NCBI GenBank assembly: GCA_964652765.1 | Contig: CAZZBA010000001.1 | Coordinates: forward strand, 1-52,755 | Reading direction: 5' to 3' | Length of the DNA: 52,755 nt | From: an uncultured Victivallales bacterium | GTDB lineage: Bacteria > Verrucomicrobiota > Kiritimatiellia > UBA8416 | Part shown: piece by piece, positions 28,101 through 36,265 of the stretch | Layout: the number at the start of each line of letters is the position of its first letter | Numbering within the stretch: the first letter of the stretch is position 1 | Program-made: the position numbers and the translations under genes | Notes under the pieces: model-generated | Databases searched by the model: none | The model's input: only the letters and a program-made list of their open reading frames with translations | What the model was told of the DNA's origin: nothing

Positions 28101-31100
28101 TGTCCCCGGCGGCGATCGATTCAAGCTGCTGTGCAAGCTCACGGGCTGAGCCGGCGACGAGGGTGGCGCGTTCCTCGAACTGGTTGCGACCGGTATTGTG
28201 ACAGTAGCAGATCCGGGCGAGATCGACGTCGCTGTGGTCGGCCATCCATGCCGCGTAACCGGAGGCTAACTGCCGCAGGGCATCTTCGCTGCGGGCGGAG
28301 AGGGCCAATAGGCGATATTCCGGACTCTTGCCGCGGGGCTCGCTGGTCTGCTCCTGTTGCGCCGGTGCCGGCGGTTCCTGGAGGATGGCATGCGTGTTTG
28401 TGCCCACAAAGCCGAACGCGCTGACGGCACCCAGTCGCGGTTTGCCCTCGGCGGGCGCCGGCCATTCGGTCAGTGACTTGGCTACTTTGACGGCATGTTT
28501 GTTCCACCGGATATGCGGGTTCAATTCCTCGGCATGCAGGCTAGGTGGTACCATGCGATGCTGTAGTGCCAGTACGACCTTGAGTAGTCCAGCCATGCCG
28601 GCGGCGGCCTCGAGGTGACCAAGATTGCTCTTGGCGGAACCGATCAGTAGAGGTTGGGTCTGCGCGCGCCCCTGAGCATAAACGGCATCGGCGGCCTGTA
28701 CTTCGATCGGATCGCCCAATGGTGTGCCTGTGCCGTGGCATTCAAGGTACTGTACGTCGGTGGGTGCCACCTCGGCCGCTTGGAGCGCGGCGGCGATCAC
28801 CGCGGATTGCGACGGTCCGCTCGGGGCGGTCAGGCCGCTTGTGCGTCCGTCTTGATTCACGGCGCTACCGCGCAGGATGGATAGCACACGGTTGCCGTCC
28901 CGCAAGGCGTCGCTGAGTCTCTTGAGCACCACGATGCCGCACCCTTCGCCACGGCCATACCCGTCGCCGCCGACGGAGAACGTTTTGCAGCGGCCATCGG
29001 GGCTGAGCATACCTGCCCGGCAGAAAGCGACGGTCACATCGGGACTGAGCACAAGATTCACTCCGCCTGCAATGGCTTCGGTACATTCCCCCAGGCGCAG
29101 TGCCTGCATAGCATGGTGCACGGCGACAATCGAGGAACTGCAGGCGGTGTCCAGCACGACACTGGGACCCACCAGCCCGAGCGCATAGGAAAGCCGACCG
29201 GCGACGGCGCATTGGGCCGTGCCTGTGGGCAGCATGGACTCGTCGCGTCCGTTTGGTTGCGAAAGTAATAATTGGCGATAATCCGCAGTGGAGACGCCCA
29301 TGAAGACGCCGACCCGCTTTCCGGCCAGTGATGCGGGCGCAATGCCTGCATGTTCCAGGGCTGTCCAGGCGACCTCGAGCGTTATGCGCTGTTGCGGGTC
29401 CATGGACAGGACTTCGCGCGGCGACAGATCGAAGAAGGGGGCATCGAAATCGAGGGCACCGTCAATAAAGCCGCCGCTACGGGTGTACATGCGGCCCGCA
29501 GCATGGCGATCTTCGTCATAATAGGCGGCGATGTCCCAGCGGTCTTCAGGAATGGGACCGATGGCGTCGCGTCCCTCGCGCAACAAGCTCCAGTAGGCAT
29601 CGATATCGGGTGCGCCGGGAAAGCGACAGGCCATGCCAACGATGGCGATAGGTTCGTTGAGATGGTCTTTTGACACGTTTGCGGAAAGTCTAACGTCTTG
29701 TTGTTGTGCCCCAGCGTAGCGTTGCTCGATGTAGGTGGCAATGGCGTCGATATTAGGTTGGTCGAAGAGTAGGGTGGCAGGCAGCTCGAAATCGTCACCC
29801 AGCCACATCTGGAGCTTCTTCGCCAGTTCGACGGCGAGCATGGAGTCCACGCCGATTCGTTCGAAACCCAGATTAGCGGGCGGTGGGGTTTCGAATCCCA
29901 AGGCGACGGTCAGTTCGTGTTGCAGATGCGCGATAATGCGGCGCTTGAGTTCCGCCGGGGAGCAGCCGCGCAGGGTTTCATTGAAACGCCCGCGTGTTTC
30001 GGGCACGCCAACCGTGGCACCCTTGGGAACCGGCGGCATCCATTCGGCCAGAGGGGCAAATTCCTTCCGGGCGAACATGTGGGCACAGGCCGACCGACGG
30101 ATTTTCCCGCTGGACGTCTTGGGCGTGTGGTAGGGTTGCAGAAGGGCGATCCAGCAGGGGGTTACCTCGAACCGGTCGACGACAGCGGCGCGCATCGCGG
30201 CCAGTATCGACTCCCTTTCGACCGTTCGGCGTTCCGAACGCTTGATTTCCGCCACAACGGCCAAGCCTTCCTGACCATTCAGCTCGACGCTGAAGGCGGC
30301 ACAACTGTCGGACTCGATGGCAGGGTGGCAAGTCTCGACCACGCGCTCCACATCTTGCGGGTAGATATTACGTCCGCGGATGATGATCAGATCCTTTAAT
30401 CGCCCCGTCACAAAGAGTTCCTTGCGGTATAGAAATCCGATGTCGCCAGTGCGCAGGAATGGGCCTTCCTGTGTGTCGGCGATCCGTGCCTGAAAAGTCC
30501 GCTCGGTCTCCTCCGGCTGCTCCCAGTATCCCTGGGTAACCCCGGGGCCAGCTATCCAGATTTCACCGACTTCCAGTTCATGGCAGAGCGTGCATGAGTC
30601 CGGGGCAACGATGCGGACATCGAAACCACCGCCGATACGCCCGGAGCTCGGGCGTAGCGGGTTCGCAGGATCGGGTTTCTCCAGCAGCAGAACATTGTTT
30701 TGTTCCAATTCTTCCGTGACCACAGGTACCAGGAACGGATCCTCTTCCTGCGGTGTGGCCGATAACAAGAGTGTGGTCTCGGCCATCCCGTAGCATGGGA
30801 GATGCGCTTGATGACGGAATCCATAGGGGGCAAAGGTTTCGGTAAAGGCGGTCAGTGTATCGGCCCGGATCGGTTCGGCCCCGTTCCAGAGTCGCAGCAA
30901 GGCGCTCAGATCCAATCCTTCCCGCTCTTCCGGCGAGGTGTCCTTGACACAGAGTTCCAGTCCGAAGTTCGGGGTGGGGGCGGAGGTCGCCCGGTACTTG
31001 CTCATGGCCCGTAGCCAGCGAATCGGTTTCTGCAGGAATGCGGCGGGAGACATCAGATAACAGGGAAAGTTCGCATAGATCGGCCAAACAAGACTACCCA

Positions 31101-31779
31101 GCAGACCCATATCGTGAAAAAACGGCTGCCAAGAGACATGGATCAACGCATCGCCTTCAATGCCCGTGTTATCGATATACCAGGCGTTATGCAGTATGTT
31201 TCCGTGACTGACCATGACCCCGCGCGGCGCACCCGTAGACCCGGAGGTGTACTGCAAGACGGCCAGATCTTCCCGTTTCCACGACGGCTTAACCCAGAGT
31301 TCCGAGAGGTTGGGTAATGTGTCCGTCGCCAGGACATCGATATCGTTTCCCAGATACTCGACCAGCGCGTCTCGATATTCCTGAACGCAAAAGACGGCTT
31401 TTGGACGCGCGTCAGATGTGATCAGCTTCAAACGTTCGTCCTGCCGCCGCTTGCGCGGCGGGTACATGGGTACAGCCACGGCCCCGGCATAGAGGCAGCC
31501 TATGAAGCCGCGAATGAAATCGAGGCCCGGTGGATAGGAAAGGAGCACCCGTTCGCCGGCCATGCCTCGCTGCTGCAACCAGGCGGCAATTGAGCGGGCC
31601 TGGCGATCAAGCTGTGCGCAGGAAAGGCTGTCTCCCTCTTGTTCACCGTCCACGAGGAACGTGAAAAGGCGATTGTCAGGTGTTTGTCGTGCGTGCCACA
31701 GCAATTGCTCCGTAACGGAGTTCCCTGTAACTTGCGCCCAACGGCTCGCCGCGGTTCTCTCCTCGAAGGATAGGCTCAT
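16183..31779 (-). CDS. Hybrid fatty-acyl-AMP-ligase / type I PKS (2 modules) / NRPS (1 module) megasynthase with a C-terminal GNAT-like domain; 5,198 aa
   Basis: A single uninterrupted ORF. All core motifs were mapped by hand (see the domain features): FAAL-ACP-KS-AT-KR-ACP-KS-AT-KR-ACP-C-A-PCP-GNAT-like. I found no DH, ER, TE or R motifs. Confidence 0.95.
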   Translation of the reverse strand: MSLSFEERTAASRWAQVTGNSVTEQLLWHARQTPDNRLFTFLVDGEQEGDSLSCAQLDRQARSIAAWLQQRGMAGERVLLSYPPGLDFIRGFIGCLYAGAVAVPMYPPRKRRQDERLKLITSDARPKAVFCVQEYRDALVEYLGNDIDVLATDTLPNLSELWVKPSWKREDLAVLQYTSGSTGAPRGVMVSHGNILHNAWYIDNTGIEGDALIHVSWQPFFHDMGLLGSLVWPIYANFPCYLMSPAAFLQKPIRWLRAMSKYRATSAPTPNFGLELCVKDTSPEEREGLDLSALLRLWNGAEPIRADTLTAFTETFAPYGFRHQAHLPCYGMAETTLLLSATPQEEDPFLVPVVTEELEQNNVLLLEKPDPANPLRPSSGRIGGGFDVRIVAPDSCTLCHELEVGEIWIAGPGVTQGYWEQPEETERTFQARIADTQEGPFLRTGDIGFLYRKELFVTGRLKDLIIIRGRNIYPQDVERVVETCHPAIESDSCAAFSVELNGQEGLAVVAEIKRSERRTVERESILAAMRAAVVDRFEVTPCWIALLQPYHTPKTSSGKIRRSACAHMFARKEFAPLAEWMPPVPKGATVGVPETRGRFNETLRGCSPAELKRRIIAHLQHELTVALGFETPPPANLGFERIGVDSMLAVELAKKLQMWLGDDFELPATLLFDQPNIDAIATYIEQRYAGAQQQDVRLSANVSKDHLNEPIAIVGMACRFPGAPDIDAYWSLLREGRDAIGPIPEDRWDIAAYYDEDRHAAGRMYTRSGGFIDGALDFDAPFFDLSPREVLSMDPQQRITLEVAWTALEHAGIAPASLAGKRVGVFMGVSTADYRQLLLSQPNGRDESMLPTGTAQCAVAGRLSYALGLVGPSVVLDTACSSSIVAVHHAMQALRLGECTEAIAGGVNLVLSPDVTVAFCRAGMLSPDGRCKTFSVGGDGYGRGEGCGIVVLKRLSDALRDGNRVLSILRGSAVNQDGRTSGLTAPSGPSQSAVIAAALQAAEVAPTDVQYLECHGTGTPLGDPIEVQAADAVYAQGRAQTQPLLIGSAKSNLGHLEAAAGMAGLLKVVLALQHRMVPPSLHAEELNPHIRWNKHAVKVAKSLTEWPAPAEGKPRLGAVSAFGFVGTNTHAILQEPPAPAQQEQTSEPRGKSPEYRLLALSARSEDALRQLASGYAAWMADHSDVDLARICYCHNTGRNQFEERATLVAGSARELAQQLESIAAGDIIASVERGQIAATPRRVGFLFTGQGAQYGGMGRELYDNEPVFRASIDACATAYAELQEEQGGPSLQALIFDDAHAARLKQTLYAQPAIYALQVALTAQWQAWGIEPVAVVGHSLGEYAAAFTVGAFSAAEGMKLVLRRAQLMETMPGGGAMASVTAPAADVEASLADVPDVCISAYNGLNTVISGPSERLDALLEKFTAQGLYCMRLPATRAFHSATVDPIAEDFQQFADTLAYQPVREGMISTLSGDSVPEGTMLDARHWRDHARQPVRFAQGVKTLFEHAHCDTIIEIGPKAELMWLAQMCWRPLHEVLWTQSLEAGRNAHAQMLRTAAKLHTLGVDLDLAAMEAPWSAQHAPLVLPTYPFQHVRYCPGFRKAPGVSDSEQFFEVAWLADDAADRHRNASGEWLLLTDKRSLALVDSLHTAGHTVSCLSVDTLADLEPATLKTAIAEAADRPEITDVILAWTPPLAPTADAAELQRIQTLGVETALLASQALIQRGSEGRVWILTHAAQAVTTNETADPGQAALWGYARTFGIEHPDRFGGIIDLPADADIQPCAGALQRLLCGARTGLQFALRSGTYLTPRLRPSEVPPAAGFQLAEKAVYLITGGTGALGVDIARHLAAHGARHLVLASRRGESATPEGLAAELDALGCRLTVLKADAAQADEMDMLLDAIKRLVPDTPLRGIVHAAGVLAGEPTTSMDVALLRKVMAGKAGGAWALHRAVQVRSLDLDFFVLFSSAASLLGIRGHANYSAANAFLDGLAHYRHRAGWPAVAINWGPWASHGMAIQMENAEWEAMGSRLMSPALALDAFGRLAMGSATQCCVQLLNARRWSELATAGMLPPVLDAFMEEITSRLSPGTAAGKEVAVPAGDGPLVVRLRNLDAVNRSQALQDTLLEEVGKILGLPPARINPDMGFFDCGMNSIMAVELNNRIQKQLGSSFAIQPVDIFNHPTVLRLGNYLLNNLFADGTGAIEAALPAQTATSTDIDGLDADVLTTTFDTAFGTAGAEATAMDSARMRAALHALNRLRTELERTTEPIAIVGVGCRIPGAGNPEEFWHILDQGLDMITEVPPDRWSLDELYDPDPDQPGKTYARHGGFVKDIDLFDADFFGISPREAKSLDPQQRMVLETTWHALENANIPPDSLRGTSGAVYIGIGVTDYSIRIAAQGREQLDAYVGTGNALAAAAGRVAFRLGWHGPALAIDTACSSSLVAIHEACACLRRGECDHAIAGGVNTLLSPNVTIALSRAHMLSPDGRCKTFDASGNGFVRSEGCSLLVLKRLSDARRDGNRVLAVIRGSSANQDGDSSGLTVPSGIAQEQVIRAALQNAGVVPADVQYLECHGTGTSLGDPIEVQAANAAYARERPADKPLLLGSVKTNVGHLETAAGATGIIKLVLSLQHETIPRSLHFRNPNPHIPWDTLNVKVVSEPVPWPAKGRRLGAISAFGFTGTNCHLILESAPVSPLSAGDQSHPPPERVQQLLVLSARSNPALCALARSYAEWVNTHPEAALPDLCLTANTGRTHLEARAALQFADRDTLVRQLGALAAADEAAGMVSGNVVRDGRKPRIAFLCTGQGSQWVGMGRNLYASEPVFRNVLNQCAAVFDSVRGADRPLPLLQVMGIETPPDDTNPDLINQTGYTQPALYALEMALAALWRAWGIVPDAVLGHSVGEYAAGTIAGVFDIETGMKLITERARYMQSVPAGGCMVAVSADAETVERAIADDPLICIGAYNGAHTVLSGSAEAMDPLITRLVAEGIKCKQLKTSHAFHSAHMDPIVEPFKRYAASFTFNPARTRLVSNVSGTLVGEDELLDAAYWAKHIRQPVRFAQGILALRKLGCDILLEIGPHPVLTSMGQRCQYDGADGESPKEPSWIGSLRQQKDDTESVLAAAGQLFVSGAPVRFDAIDAPWRAVRTPLDLPLYPFQRKRFWVDEPLRQAVAIHPLASRSYRIQWNPIATPRMDTTGTDNHQRWLLIGSQPAQRLGATLEALGHRCHIVNSSADAIQLQSADWTHIAHVRSVGLAEQAADSLADLKHAQQIGIHNLLTLTQHLCQSQWCGRLWIMTQATQQVAPGDRVLPDHAPLWGLGKCIGMERPDFWGGLIDLPAAPDKAVIDAVVPILTTPGPEDLVAVRANQLYAARLVPAPMAPSAVHLEVHADADYLITGGLGGIGLKAAQRLAERGAGRIVLTSRHVPDESARREIEKIRATGCQLDVVNADVATAEGVGLLLQQFSANRPLRGIIHAAGIESFGDLEKITPEDLEKTLAAKVYGSWLLDRGIRERAITPDFFVSTASIASVWGSVMQGAYAAANAYLDAMAAARRSDGLAATAISYGPWAQVGMGVANAEAMEWMRSRGISPLSPELALDAMETAAATGQTSTTIVAADWNKLRELAEVQRPRPIFSQLGALVVAEGPSTSETAFVTQLRAAQPNERARIMRDAIRQRLATVLAREPDELHDDTGFFNIGMDSLMAVEFRNGVSKLVGRKLPATIAMDHPAIGTFASAILATIQLEGVKAETAPALPPEDPEKPNGTGEEQLWPASISQSRFWFLSQWTPNSPQFNLPTAVQLPAPASEADLRTVIEAICSRHDTLRTTFREADDGTLMQVVHRDLPPAIRVVDLDDDSERQASLDELKQQEARHSFSMAEGPLVRFTLVRQQNRVPLLIICMHHSIADGVSIRTLANEFMLILSAVRDGGHSVELPAAPSFGAYARQERKSLSSIVSNSSTLDYWRGKLAGVPSLELPTDRLRPEVIDHLGRAIPIAISAETSGRLYGLARENGITLHMLLLGAWYLLLARYARQYDFAIGTPVAGRDDPEWEDVVGPTLNMLPLRVTSDPAQPFGDLLRAVSDTAREAYARQGLPFDWLVRELNPARDTSRTPFFQTAFVLQVPSHGRQGHDSAHLDPIVEDLRVLLGASQFDIALDLNERNGVISGFIEFSTQLFDPWRIEQMASHLLHLLQELPQNLTTPIGEIPLLSDEEAQTLSSRWNNSVRDYDLSRGIHHLIARRADLTPSATAVSCEQSRLSYRELMQRVSRLTERLIEVQVAGGTLVGISMDRSVDMVVAMLAVLECGAAYVPLDPDFPMQRLDYMVRDSRIPILLTQTHLSERFSALGVQMVCTDQEPSAAATRPPAHSAREHNPDSVAYVIYTSGSTGNPKGVVITHRALLNFLLSIQEQTRFHADDTLVAVTTLSFDISNLEIFLPLMAGAHLVVANSREARDPQILSALLDSCHATFMQATPATWNLLLASGWNNSARVRVLCGGEALTQELAKGLLAVTDTLWNVYGPTETTIWSSICRVHDADRPTVPLGQPLANTTLHIVEENLQPAPLGVPGELLIGGTGLARGYLDRPELTATKFIQDHFSGKPGARLYRTGDLCRRMPDGTIEFLGRTDHQVKVRGFRIELGDVEASLGGCAGVRHAAARTWKDQGGITYLAGYIVPGGDGHEDDLIPRVRRALGESLPAYMVPSAFVLLDALPLTPNRKVDRNALPEPHTLQTATRAYIPPQTATEKMLVSIWQDILHAERLGIRDNFFEIGGHSLLIAQILQRLRGNAETNLSLVELYHNPTIEALATMLDQRQQAAGTRPGSAEASTTPVPDSGPHGAIRIVGYRARPFDPDDKTGVLDLLKEVWGADMATNAAAVWEWKYETNPFTPAGGAPRFVLEHNGTIVGFDGGLCARLHCHGKEIPIVWGTDTTVHPEHRKASAMLFEQIAVGTTVPRLAVPAPAALDIGRATGSIRELYQSVEMKAFLAPASLLAESGHDSLLARLAGYACNGLGHAHHALVRAAVRAANRVSLVEVFDPRFTHLWERVAAGGDCEAATVRDEKYLSWRFSEVPQNRSYRVYAICRIDRLSGYLVTRNYTWQGSPRAMIVDFLVPQGDRASLAALVVRALRDFRSDGVRMVGVLLAPEQRDAMRVLRALGFLYTRGGPHIVVQPLPGVESPFEPGQRWLLGRADSDIDISS
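16186..17268 (-). other. Megasynthase domain: C-terminal tandem GNAT-fold-like (FemAB/CelD/N-acyl-synthase-like) acyltransferase domain, aa ~4838-5198
   Basis: It follows a Pro/Ser/Thr linker after the PCP. '[10 protein letters not shown]...[16 protein letters not shown]...[23 protein letters not shown]' resembles GNAT motif A. A second half reads '[33 protein letters not shown]...[38 protein letters not shown]...LRALGF'. There is no GxSxG (TE) and no Rossmann/YxxxK (R) motif. Confidence 0.5.
17350..17568 (-). other. Megasynthase domain: PCP (Ser4772)
   Basis: '[20 protein letters not shown]'. Confidence 0.85.
17605..19077 (-). other. Megasynthase domain: NRPS adenylation (A) domain, probably glycine-activating, aa ~4235-4725
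   Basis: 'LSYRELMQR', '[15 protein letters not shown]', 'FDISNLEIF', 'NVYGPTETT', '[15 protein letters not shown]', 'YRTGDL', '[20 protein letters not shown]', and 'PNRKVDR'. The hand-aligned specificity positions 235/236/239/278/299/301 read D-I-L-Q-L-G. Confidence 0.8.
19165..20478 (-). other. Megasynthase domain: NRPS condensation (C) domain, aa ~3768-4205
   Basis: '[10 protein letters not shown]' and active-site '[10 protein letters not shown]' (HHxxxDG). Confidence 0.85.
20560..20817 (-). other. Megasynthase domain: ACP3 (Ser3700)
   Basis: '[19 protein letters not shown]'. Confidence 0.85.
20920..22182 (-). other. Megasynthase domain: KR2, aa ~3200-3620
   Basis: '[18 protein letters not shown]', '[10 protein letters not shown]' (no LDD), 'KVYGSWLL', and 'YAAANAYLD'. 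Confidence 0.8.
22525..23388 (-). other. Megasynthase domain: AT2 (malonyl-type), aa ~2798-3085
   Basis: '[14 protein letters not shown]', '[10 protein letters not shown]', and 'SHAFHS'. Confidence 0.8.
23716..24987 (-). other. Megasynthase domain: KS2, aa ~2265-2688
   Basis: '[14 protein letters not shown]', '[12 protein letters not shown]', '[14 protein letters not shown]', and '[15 protein letters not shown]'. Confidence 0.9.
25210..25458 (-). other. Megasynthase domain: ACP2 (Ser2151)
   Basis: '[19 protein letters not shown]'. Confidence 0.85.
25600..26898 (-). other. Megasynthase domain: KR1 (structural plus catalytic subdomains), aa ~1628-2060
   Basis: '[18 protein letters not shown]', '[10 protein letters not shown]' (no LDD), 'KAGGAWALH', and catalytic 'YSAANAFLD'. 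Confidence 0.8.
27145..28053 (-). other. Megasynthase domain: AT1 (malonyl-type), aa ~1243-1545
   Basis: '[14 protein letters not shown]', '[10 protein letters not shown]', and 'RAFHS'. The xAFH pattern, rather than YASH, argues for malonyl-CoA. Confidence 0.8.
28375..29655 (-). other. Megasynthase domain: KS1, aa ~709-1135
   Basis: '[14 protein letters not shown]', active-site '[12 protein letters not shown]', '[14 protein letters not shown]', and '[15 protein letters not shown]'. Confidence 0.9.
29716..29958 (-). other. Megasynthase domain: ACP1 (Ser646)
   Basis: '[20 protein letters not shown]'. Confidence 0.85.
30055..31707 (-). other. Megasynthase domain: FAAL (fatty acyl-AMP ligase) loading domain, aa ~25-575
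   Basis: '[24 protein letters not shown]', 'YGMAETT', 'LRTGDIGF', '[20 protein letters not shown]', and 'KTSSGKIRR'. It is fused directly to an ACP, as in FadD32/Ols-type loaders. Confidence 0.85.
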
Positions 31780-31899
31780 TGGAATTCTCTACACCAATCA
31801 ATTCTTGTGTGTGATTAACTTTAGGTGTTACTTTGCTGGAAATAGGGTGTGGTGTCAACCCGGAACTGCCGGAAACAGCCCCCCCGCAGGAGTCGCATT

Positions 31900-32703
31900 A
31901 TGAGAACAGCGATCGGTACACAGGAAAACGTGCCGTCAGGTTTGGCTGGGCGGTTTCCCGGCAGCAACACGGGGGTGAATCTTCTGTGGTCTTCCGTCAA
32001 CGCCTACAGGCCATTGATGCCTAATGAAATCGATGTCTGGCGTGTGGATCTGGATATTTCGGATGCCCGGCGTGAACGTCTATTGTCCATTCTCTCGCCG
32101 GATGAAGCGGCCCGCGCCGCCCTTTACCGGTTTCCCGAGCTTGGACGGCGCTACATCGCCGGTCGTGGTGCGTTGCGCTGTATCCTGGGGCGCTGCCTGG
32201 GCATTGATCCGAAACGGGTCCGGTTTGATTATGAGGCAAATGGCAAGCCCATTTTGGCGAGCCCGCCAGCACCCTCCGGTGCGTTGTCCTTTAACATCAC
32301 CCATTCGCATGAATTGGCGCTGTGCGTCGTTACTCGGGAGCGTCGCATCGGCGTGGATGTTGAACACATGCTTCGAACGGTGGATATGGAGTCCATTGCG
32401 CAACGTTATTTTTCTCCTCATGAATATGCCGCGCTGCAGTCCGCGCCGCTGGTGCAGCGTCGCGCGCTGTTCTTTCGGTACTGGACCTGCAAGGAAGCCT
32501 GCATCAAGGCAACGGGCAAGGGATTATCCCAATTGGAAGACGTTGAGGTGGTGTTGAGTGGCGCCAGGCCTGGCCGATGGAAGTCATCAGGGCGGTGGCG
32601 GCTCTATGAGTTGTCCCCCAAGATGGATTTTGCGGCGGCCGTGGCGGCTGAGGGTTGTGATCATGTGCTGCGCGGTTGGCATTATGCCCACGTGCCGGAA
32701 TAA
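31900..32703 (+). CDS. Sfp-type 4'-phosphopantetheinyl transferase
   Basis: ATG 31900 lies 7 nt after AGGAG. Motifs: 'YEANGKPIL', 'FNITHSHELALCVV', 'IGVDVE', and 'FFRYWTCKEACIKATGKG' (W/FxxKEAxxK). It is divergent from the megasynthase. Confidence 0.85.
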   Translation: MRTAIGTQENVPSGLAGRFPGSNTGVNLLWSSVNAYRPLMPNEIDVWRVDLDISDARRERLLSILSPDEAARAALYRFPELGRRYIAGRGALRCILGRCLGIDPKRVRFDYEANGKPILASPPAPSGALSFNITHSHELALCVVTRERRIGVDVEHMLRTVDMESIAQRYFSPHEYAALQSAPLVQRRALFFRYWTCKEACIKATGKGLSQLEDVEVVLSGARPGRWKSSGRWRLYELSPKMDFAAAVAAEGCDHVLRGWHYAHVPE

Positions 32704-32894
32704 CCCGAAGCGGTCGCACATGCGCTGCACCAAGCGGCGACGATGGCGCTTCATGCCTCTGCTCACAGGCGGCGGATGAAAAATGTATCGACTGGACGGC
32801 TTGCAGTTTGTCATAGTTCCAGCATGGAACCTTGCATGCGGCATGGGGCCCGTCGCAAGGCGCGTGGGCTGGTGAGATCAATGAGGGGGAGGGT

Positions 32895-34034
32895 ATGCAG
32901 ATACAATTAGACGAGCGTCAGGAACGCATCGTAGCCGCCGCGCGCGCGTTTGCGAAAGATGAGCTCGCGCCGAACGCGGCGAAGCATGACGCGACGGGGA
33001 TTTTCCCGCGCGAGCTGATCGACCGCATGGCGCAACAGGGGTTTCTGGCTGCCACGCTGCCCGAGGCATACGGGGGGCTGGAACTCGATCCGCTTGCATA
33101 CGGCTTGCTTCTCGAGGCCATTGAACAGGGCGATTGCGCGGCCAGCCGGCTGGTGACCGTGCATCTGGCTCTGGCGGCACAGTCGATTCTGACGTATGGC
33201 AGCGCAGCGCAGCAGGCGCGCTGGCTCCCCGATATCGCCTCCGGCAAGACGATTTGCGCCTTTGCATTGACAGAGCCGGATCACGGTTCCGACGCCGCAG
33301 GCATCGAGTGCTCCTACGGTAGGGACGGTGACGGCTACGTCCTGCGAGGGCGAAAGCGTTGGATTTCCTTCTCCGGGGTGGCCGATCTGCTTGTGGTAAT
33401 CGCGCGCCAGGGGCCGACGGTTTCCGCATTCCTGGTGGAGACTGCCGCTGCGGGCGTGGCGCGGATTCCGCTGACGGGCCTGATGGCAGGGCGGGCCTGC
33501 CACATCTGTGAGATCGTATTGGATGGCGTGCGCGTGCCTCAGGACCAGATGCTGGGCGGCGAAGGCCAAGGTTTCACCTACATTGTTAACTCAGCGATGG
33601 ACCAAGGGCGTTATTCGATTGCCTGGAGCGGCGTGGGGCTGGCCGGTGCGGCACTGAATGCAATGGTGCGCTACGCCAAGAAACGGGAGCAGTTCGGCGT
33701 TAAACTGGCCCGTCACCAACTGATCCGCGGTATGATCGCCGATGGGGTGACGAACCTTTATGCCGCGCGCAGTCTTTGCCTGCGGGCGGCCCAATCCCGC
33801 AAGGAGGGCTCACAGGATGCGATCATCGAGTCCACGATTGCCAAGCAGTTTGCCGCCGGAACGGCCTTCCGCATCGCTGTCGATGCGGTGCAGGTGCATG
33901 GCGGCAACGGTTGCTGTGCTGACTATCCGGCCGAGCGCCTGATGCGCGAAGCCAAGGCGCTTGAGATTATCGAAGGTACCACGCAGATCCAGCAAATGAT
34001 GATTTCCTTGCACGGCCTGCGCCAGTTTGGTTAA
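32895..34034 (+). CDS. Acyl-CoA (or acyl-carrier-protein) dehydrogenase family flavoprotein
   Basis: ATG 32895 follows GGGGGAGGG. Motifs: 'CAFALTEPDHGSDAAG', 'KRWISFSG', 'QFGVKLARHQLI', and 'VHGGNGCCADYPAERLMREAKALEIIEGTTQIQ', which carries the C-terminal catalytic Glu context. Confidence 0.9.
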   Translation: MQIQLDERQERIVAAARAFAKDELAPNAAKHDATGIFPRELIDRMAQQGFLAATLPEAYGGLELDPLAYGLLLEAIEQGDCAASRLVTVHLALAAQSILTYGSAAQQARWLPDIASGKTICAFALTEPDHGSDAAGIECSYGRDGDGYVLRGRKRWISFSGVADLLVVIARQGPTVSAFLVETAAAGVARIPLTGLMAGRACHICEIVLDGVRVPQDQMLGGEGQGFTYIVNSAMDQGRYSIAWSGVGLAGAALNAMVRYAKKREQFGVKLARHQLIRGMIADGVTNLYAARSLCLRAAQSRKEGSQDAIIESTIAKQFAAGTAFRIAVDAVQVHGGNGCCADYPAERLMREAKALEIIEGTTQIQQMMISLHGLRQFG

Positions 34035-34098
34035 ATTCCCATCCGCATTGGTGCCGCTGTGGCGCGGGCGGGGCCGCCGGTGGAGTATTTTTTGGTTT

Positions 34099-34920
34099 AT
34101 GAAGAATTATAAAGGAACACCCGATGAACTGGTCGCCAGCTTGTGGTGCCACCGGAATTTGATTCTTGCGTTGACGCGCCGGGACATTGCCGGGCGCTAC
34201 CGCGGGTCCTTGCTGGGCATCCTATGGTCATTTGTGAACCCGCTCCTGATGCTCGGTGTATACACGTTCGCCTTCGGTGTGATTTTCGGGGCGCGCTGGA
34301 CCGCAGGTTCGGATTCGAAGATGGAGTTCGCCATTATCCTCTTTGCCGGTATGCTTGTTTTTCAACTGTTTTCCGAGTGCGTGAATCGTGCGCCATCGCT
34401 GGTCCTCTCCAATCCGAGCTATGTCAAGAAAGTGGTTTTCCCCCTTGAAGTCCTGCCGATCGTGTCGCTGGGCTCGAGCCTGTTCCACATGCTGGTGAGT
34501 CTCTCGGTCTGGCTGCTGTTCTACTTCGTCGGATTTGGATTGCCCTCCCCGGCAATCCTGTTGCTGCCCGTTATGCTGCTGCCCCTGGTACTGTTTACAA
34601 TAGGCTTATCCTGGATGCTGGCCTCTTTCGGGGTTTACTTACGCGATGTGGGGCATATGGTTTCTTCGTTGACGCTGATGTTGTTGTTCCTTTCGGCCGT
34701 ATTCTATCCGATAGAATCCGTACCGGAAGCCCTGCGTACGCCTTTGACGGTGGCTAATCCACTGGTGTTCCATGTCGAAATATGCCGGCAAGTGATGGTT
34801 TGGGGTAAACTCCCGGCATGGGACTCATGGACGATCTACTTCGTTTTGAGTTTGGTGGTCGCTTGTCTGGGATTTGCCTGGTTCCAGAAGACGCGGAGGG
34901 GGTTCGCCGATGTCCTCTGA
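34099..34920 (+). CDS. wzm: ABC-2 type polysaccharide/O-antigen export permease
   Basis: ATG 34099 (MKNYKG...). 'RRDIAGRYRGSLLGILWSFVNPLLML' is the ABC-2 signature N-terminus, and there are 6 TM helices. Confidence 0.85.
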   Translation: MKNYKGTPDELVASLWCHRNLILALTRRDIAGRYRGSLLGILWSFVNPLLMLGVYTFAFGVIFGARWTAGSDSKMEFAIILFAGMLVFQLFSECVNRAPSLVLSNPSYVKKVVFPLEVLPIVSLGSSLFHMLVSLSVWLLFYFVGFGLPSPAILLLPVMLLPLVLFTIGLSWMLASFGVYLRDVGHMVSSLTLMLLFLSAVFYPIESVPEALRTPLTVANPLVFHVEICRQVMVWGKLPAWDSWTIYFVLSLVVACLGFAWFQKTRRGFADVL

Positions 34921-36265
34921 TATAGCCATCCAGGTCGAGAATCTTTCGAAGAGCTACCACATCTACGATCAGCCCCGCGACCGGTTGAAGCAGATGTTCT
35001 TCTGGGGGCGGCGGCAGTATTACCGTGAATTCTGGGCATTGAAAGATGTGTCTTTCGACGTGCGGCGCGGTGAGACGGTCGGGATTGTCGGGCGTAACGG
35101 CAGTGGAAAATCGACATTGCTACAGTTGATTTGCGGTACGCTAAACCCGACTGGCGGCCAGATAATGACCAACGGTCGCATTGCGGCGCTTCTGGAACTG
35201 GGAACCGGTTTCAATCCTGATTTCACGGGGCGTGAAAATGTCTACATGAACGCCGCTGTTTTAGGACTTTCCAAGGAAGAAATCGATGATCGGTTTGATG
35301 ACATTGCATCCTTTGCCGATATTGGTGACTTTATCGAGCAGCCGGTTAAGACTTACTCTAGCGGCATGGCGGTGCGCCTGGCTTTCGCCGTTCAAGCTGT
35401 GATTGATCCAGATATTTTCGTCGTCGATGAAGCCCTCGCTGTGGGTGATGAAAAATTCCAGCGGAAATGCTTCGCCCGTTTGGAGGACTTGAAGCGTAGA
35501 GGTTCATCAATTCTTTTTGTGTCGCATTCTCCGGCAAGTATCATTGAATTATGCGATAGGACCCTGCTTCTTGATCATGGTGAGCGACTCATGTACAGCT
35601 CAGCTCCACATGCCATACGTGCCTACCAAAAGCTGATTTACGCCCCCGATGAGGATGTGAAAAGATTAGTGCAGGAATACCGTGCCGCCGATCAGTTTGG
35701 GGGAAGTATAGCATCCGAATGGGGTGATAACACAGCAAGCTTAAGTCAAGGCGAATCAACGATTGTTTCCAATGACCCCGCTGTACCTACTTTTGACCCG
35801 GGCCTTTTGCCTGAGACCACCACGGTTTATCCAGCGCAGGGCGCTGAAATTGATTCGATACAGATACTCGACGCCAAGGGGCATGTTGTCAACGTATTGC
35901 AACCTGGGGGAAACTACCAGTTTGTAGTGTCAGGTCGCTTTTTGAACAGCTTTGCCGGGATCTTTTTTGGTATCCATATAAAATCCATTTCCGGTCTGGT
36001 AATTACCGGGCAGCGTTATCCGGAAGAGGGAAAATTCATTGAACTGGATAGTGCCGGGAAATCCTTCAAGATCAGCTTCGGTTTCAGGATGGATGTTCTG
36101 CCGGGTGTCTATTTCGTTGGCGGTGGCATCTGGTCGTCTCAGGAACCAAACTGCGTCCACCGTATTTTGGATGCGATCATGTTTCGCGTTGTTCCGATAA
36201 GTCGTCCTATTTCCTTTGGATATGCGGATATGTCAACAAGGGCACCAAATGTCGAATTATTCTAA
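34910..36265 (+). CDS. wzt: Polysaccharide/O-antigen ABC exporter ATP-binding protein with a C-terminal carbohydrate-binding-like (Wzt_C-type) domain
   Basis: ATG 34910 overlaps the end of wzm by 11 nt. Walker A 'GIVGRNGSGKST', signature 'YSSGMAVRLAFA', Walker B 'IFVVDEALAVGD'. An extra beta-rich domain of about 190 aa is present ('IQILDAKGHVVNVLQPGGNYQFVVSGRF...FGFRMDVLPGVYFVGGGIW'). Confidence 0.9.
   Translation: MSSDIAIQVENLSKSYHIYDQPRDRLKQMFFWGRRQYYREFWALKDVSFDVRRGETVGIVGRNGSGKSTLLQLICGTLNPTGGQIMTNGRIAALLELGTGFNPDFTGRENVYMNAAVLGLSKEEIDDRFDDIASFADIGDFIEQPVKTYSSGMAVRLAFAVQAVIDPDIFVVDEALAVGDEKFQRKCFARLEDLKRRGSSILFVSHSPASIIELCDRTLLLDHGERLMYSSAPHAIRAYQKLIYAPDEDVKRLVQEYRAADQFGGSIASEWGDNTASLSQGESTIVSNDPAVPTFDPGLLPETTTVYPAQGAEIDSIQILDAKGHVVNVLQPGGNYQFVVSGRFLNSFAGIFFGIHIKSISGLVITGQRYPEEGKFIELDSAGKSFKISFGFRMDVLPGVYFVGGGIWSSQEPNCVHRILDAIMFRVVPISRPISFGYADMSTRAPNVELF

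Noticed and set aside
16350-31903. Many long plus-strand ORFs inside the megasynthase region, e.g. 16792-17502, 22546-23361, 23947-25023, 26035-26865 and 27253-27999.
   Set aside because: They lie antisense to a 15.6-kb ORF in which every PKS/NRPS core motif is intact. Their translations are Arg/Ala/Gly-rich, low-complexity 'shadow' frames typical of high-GC DNA, with no recognisable motifs.
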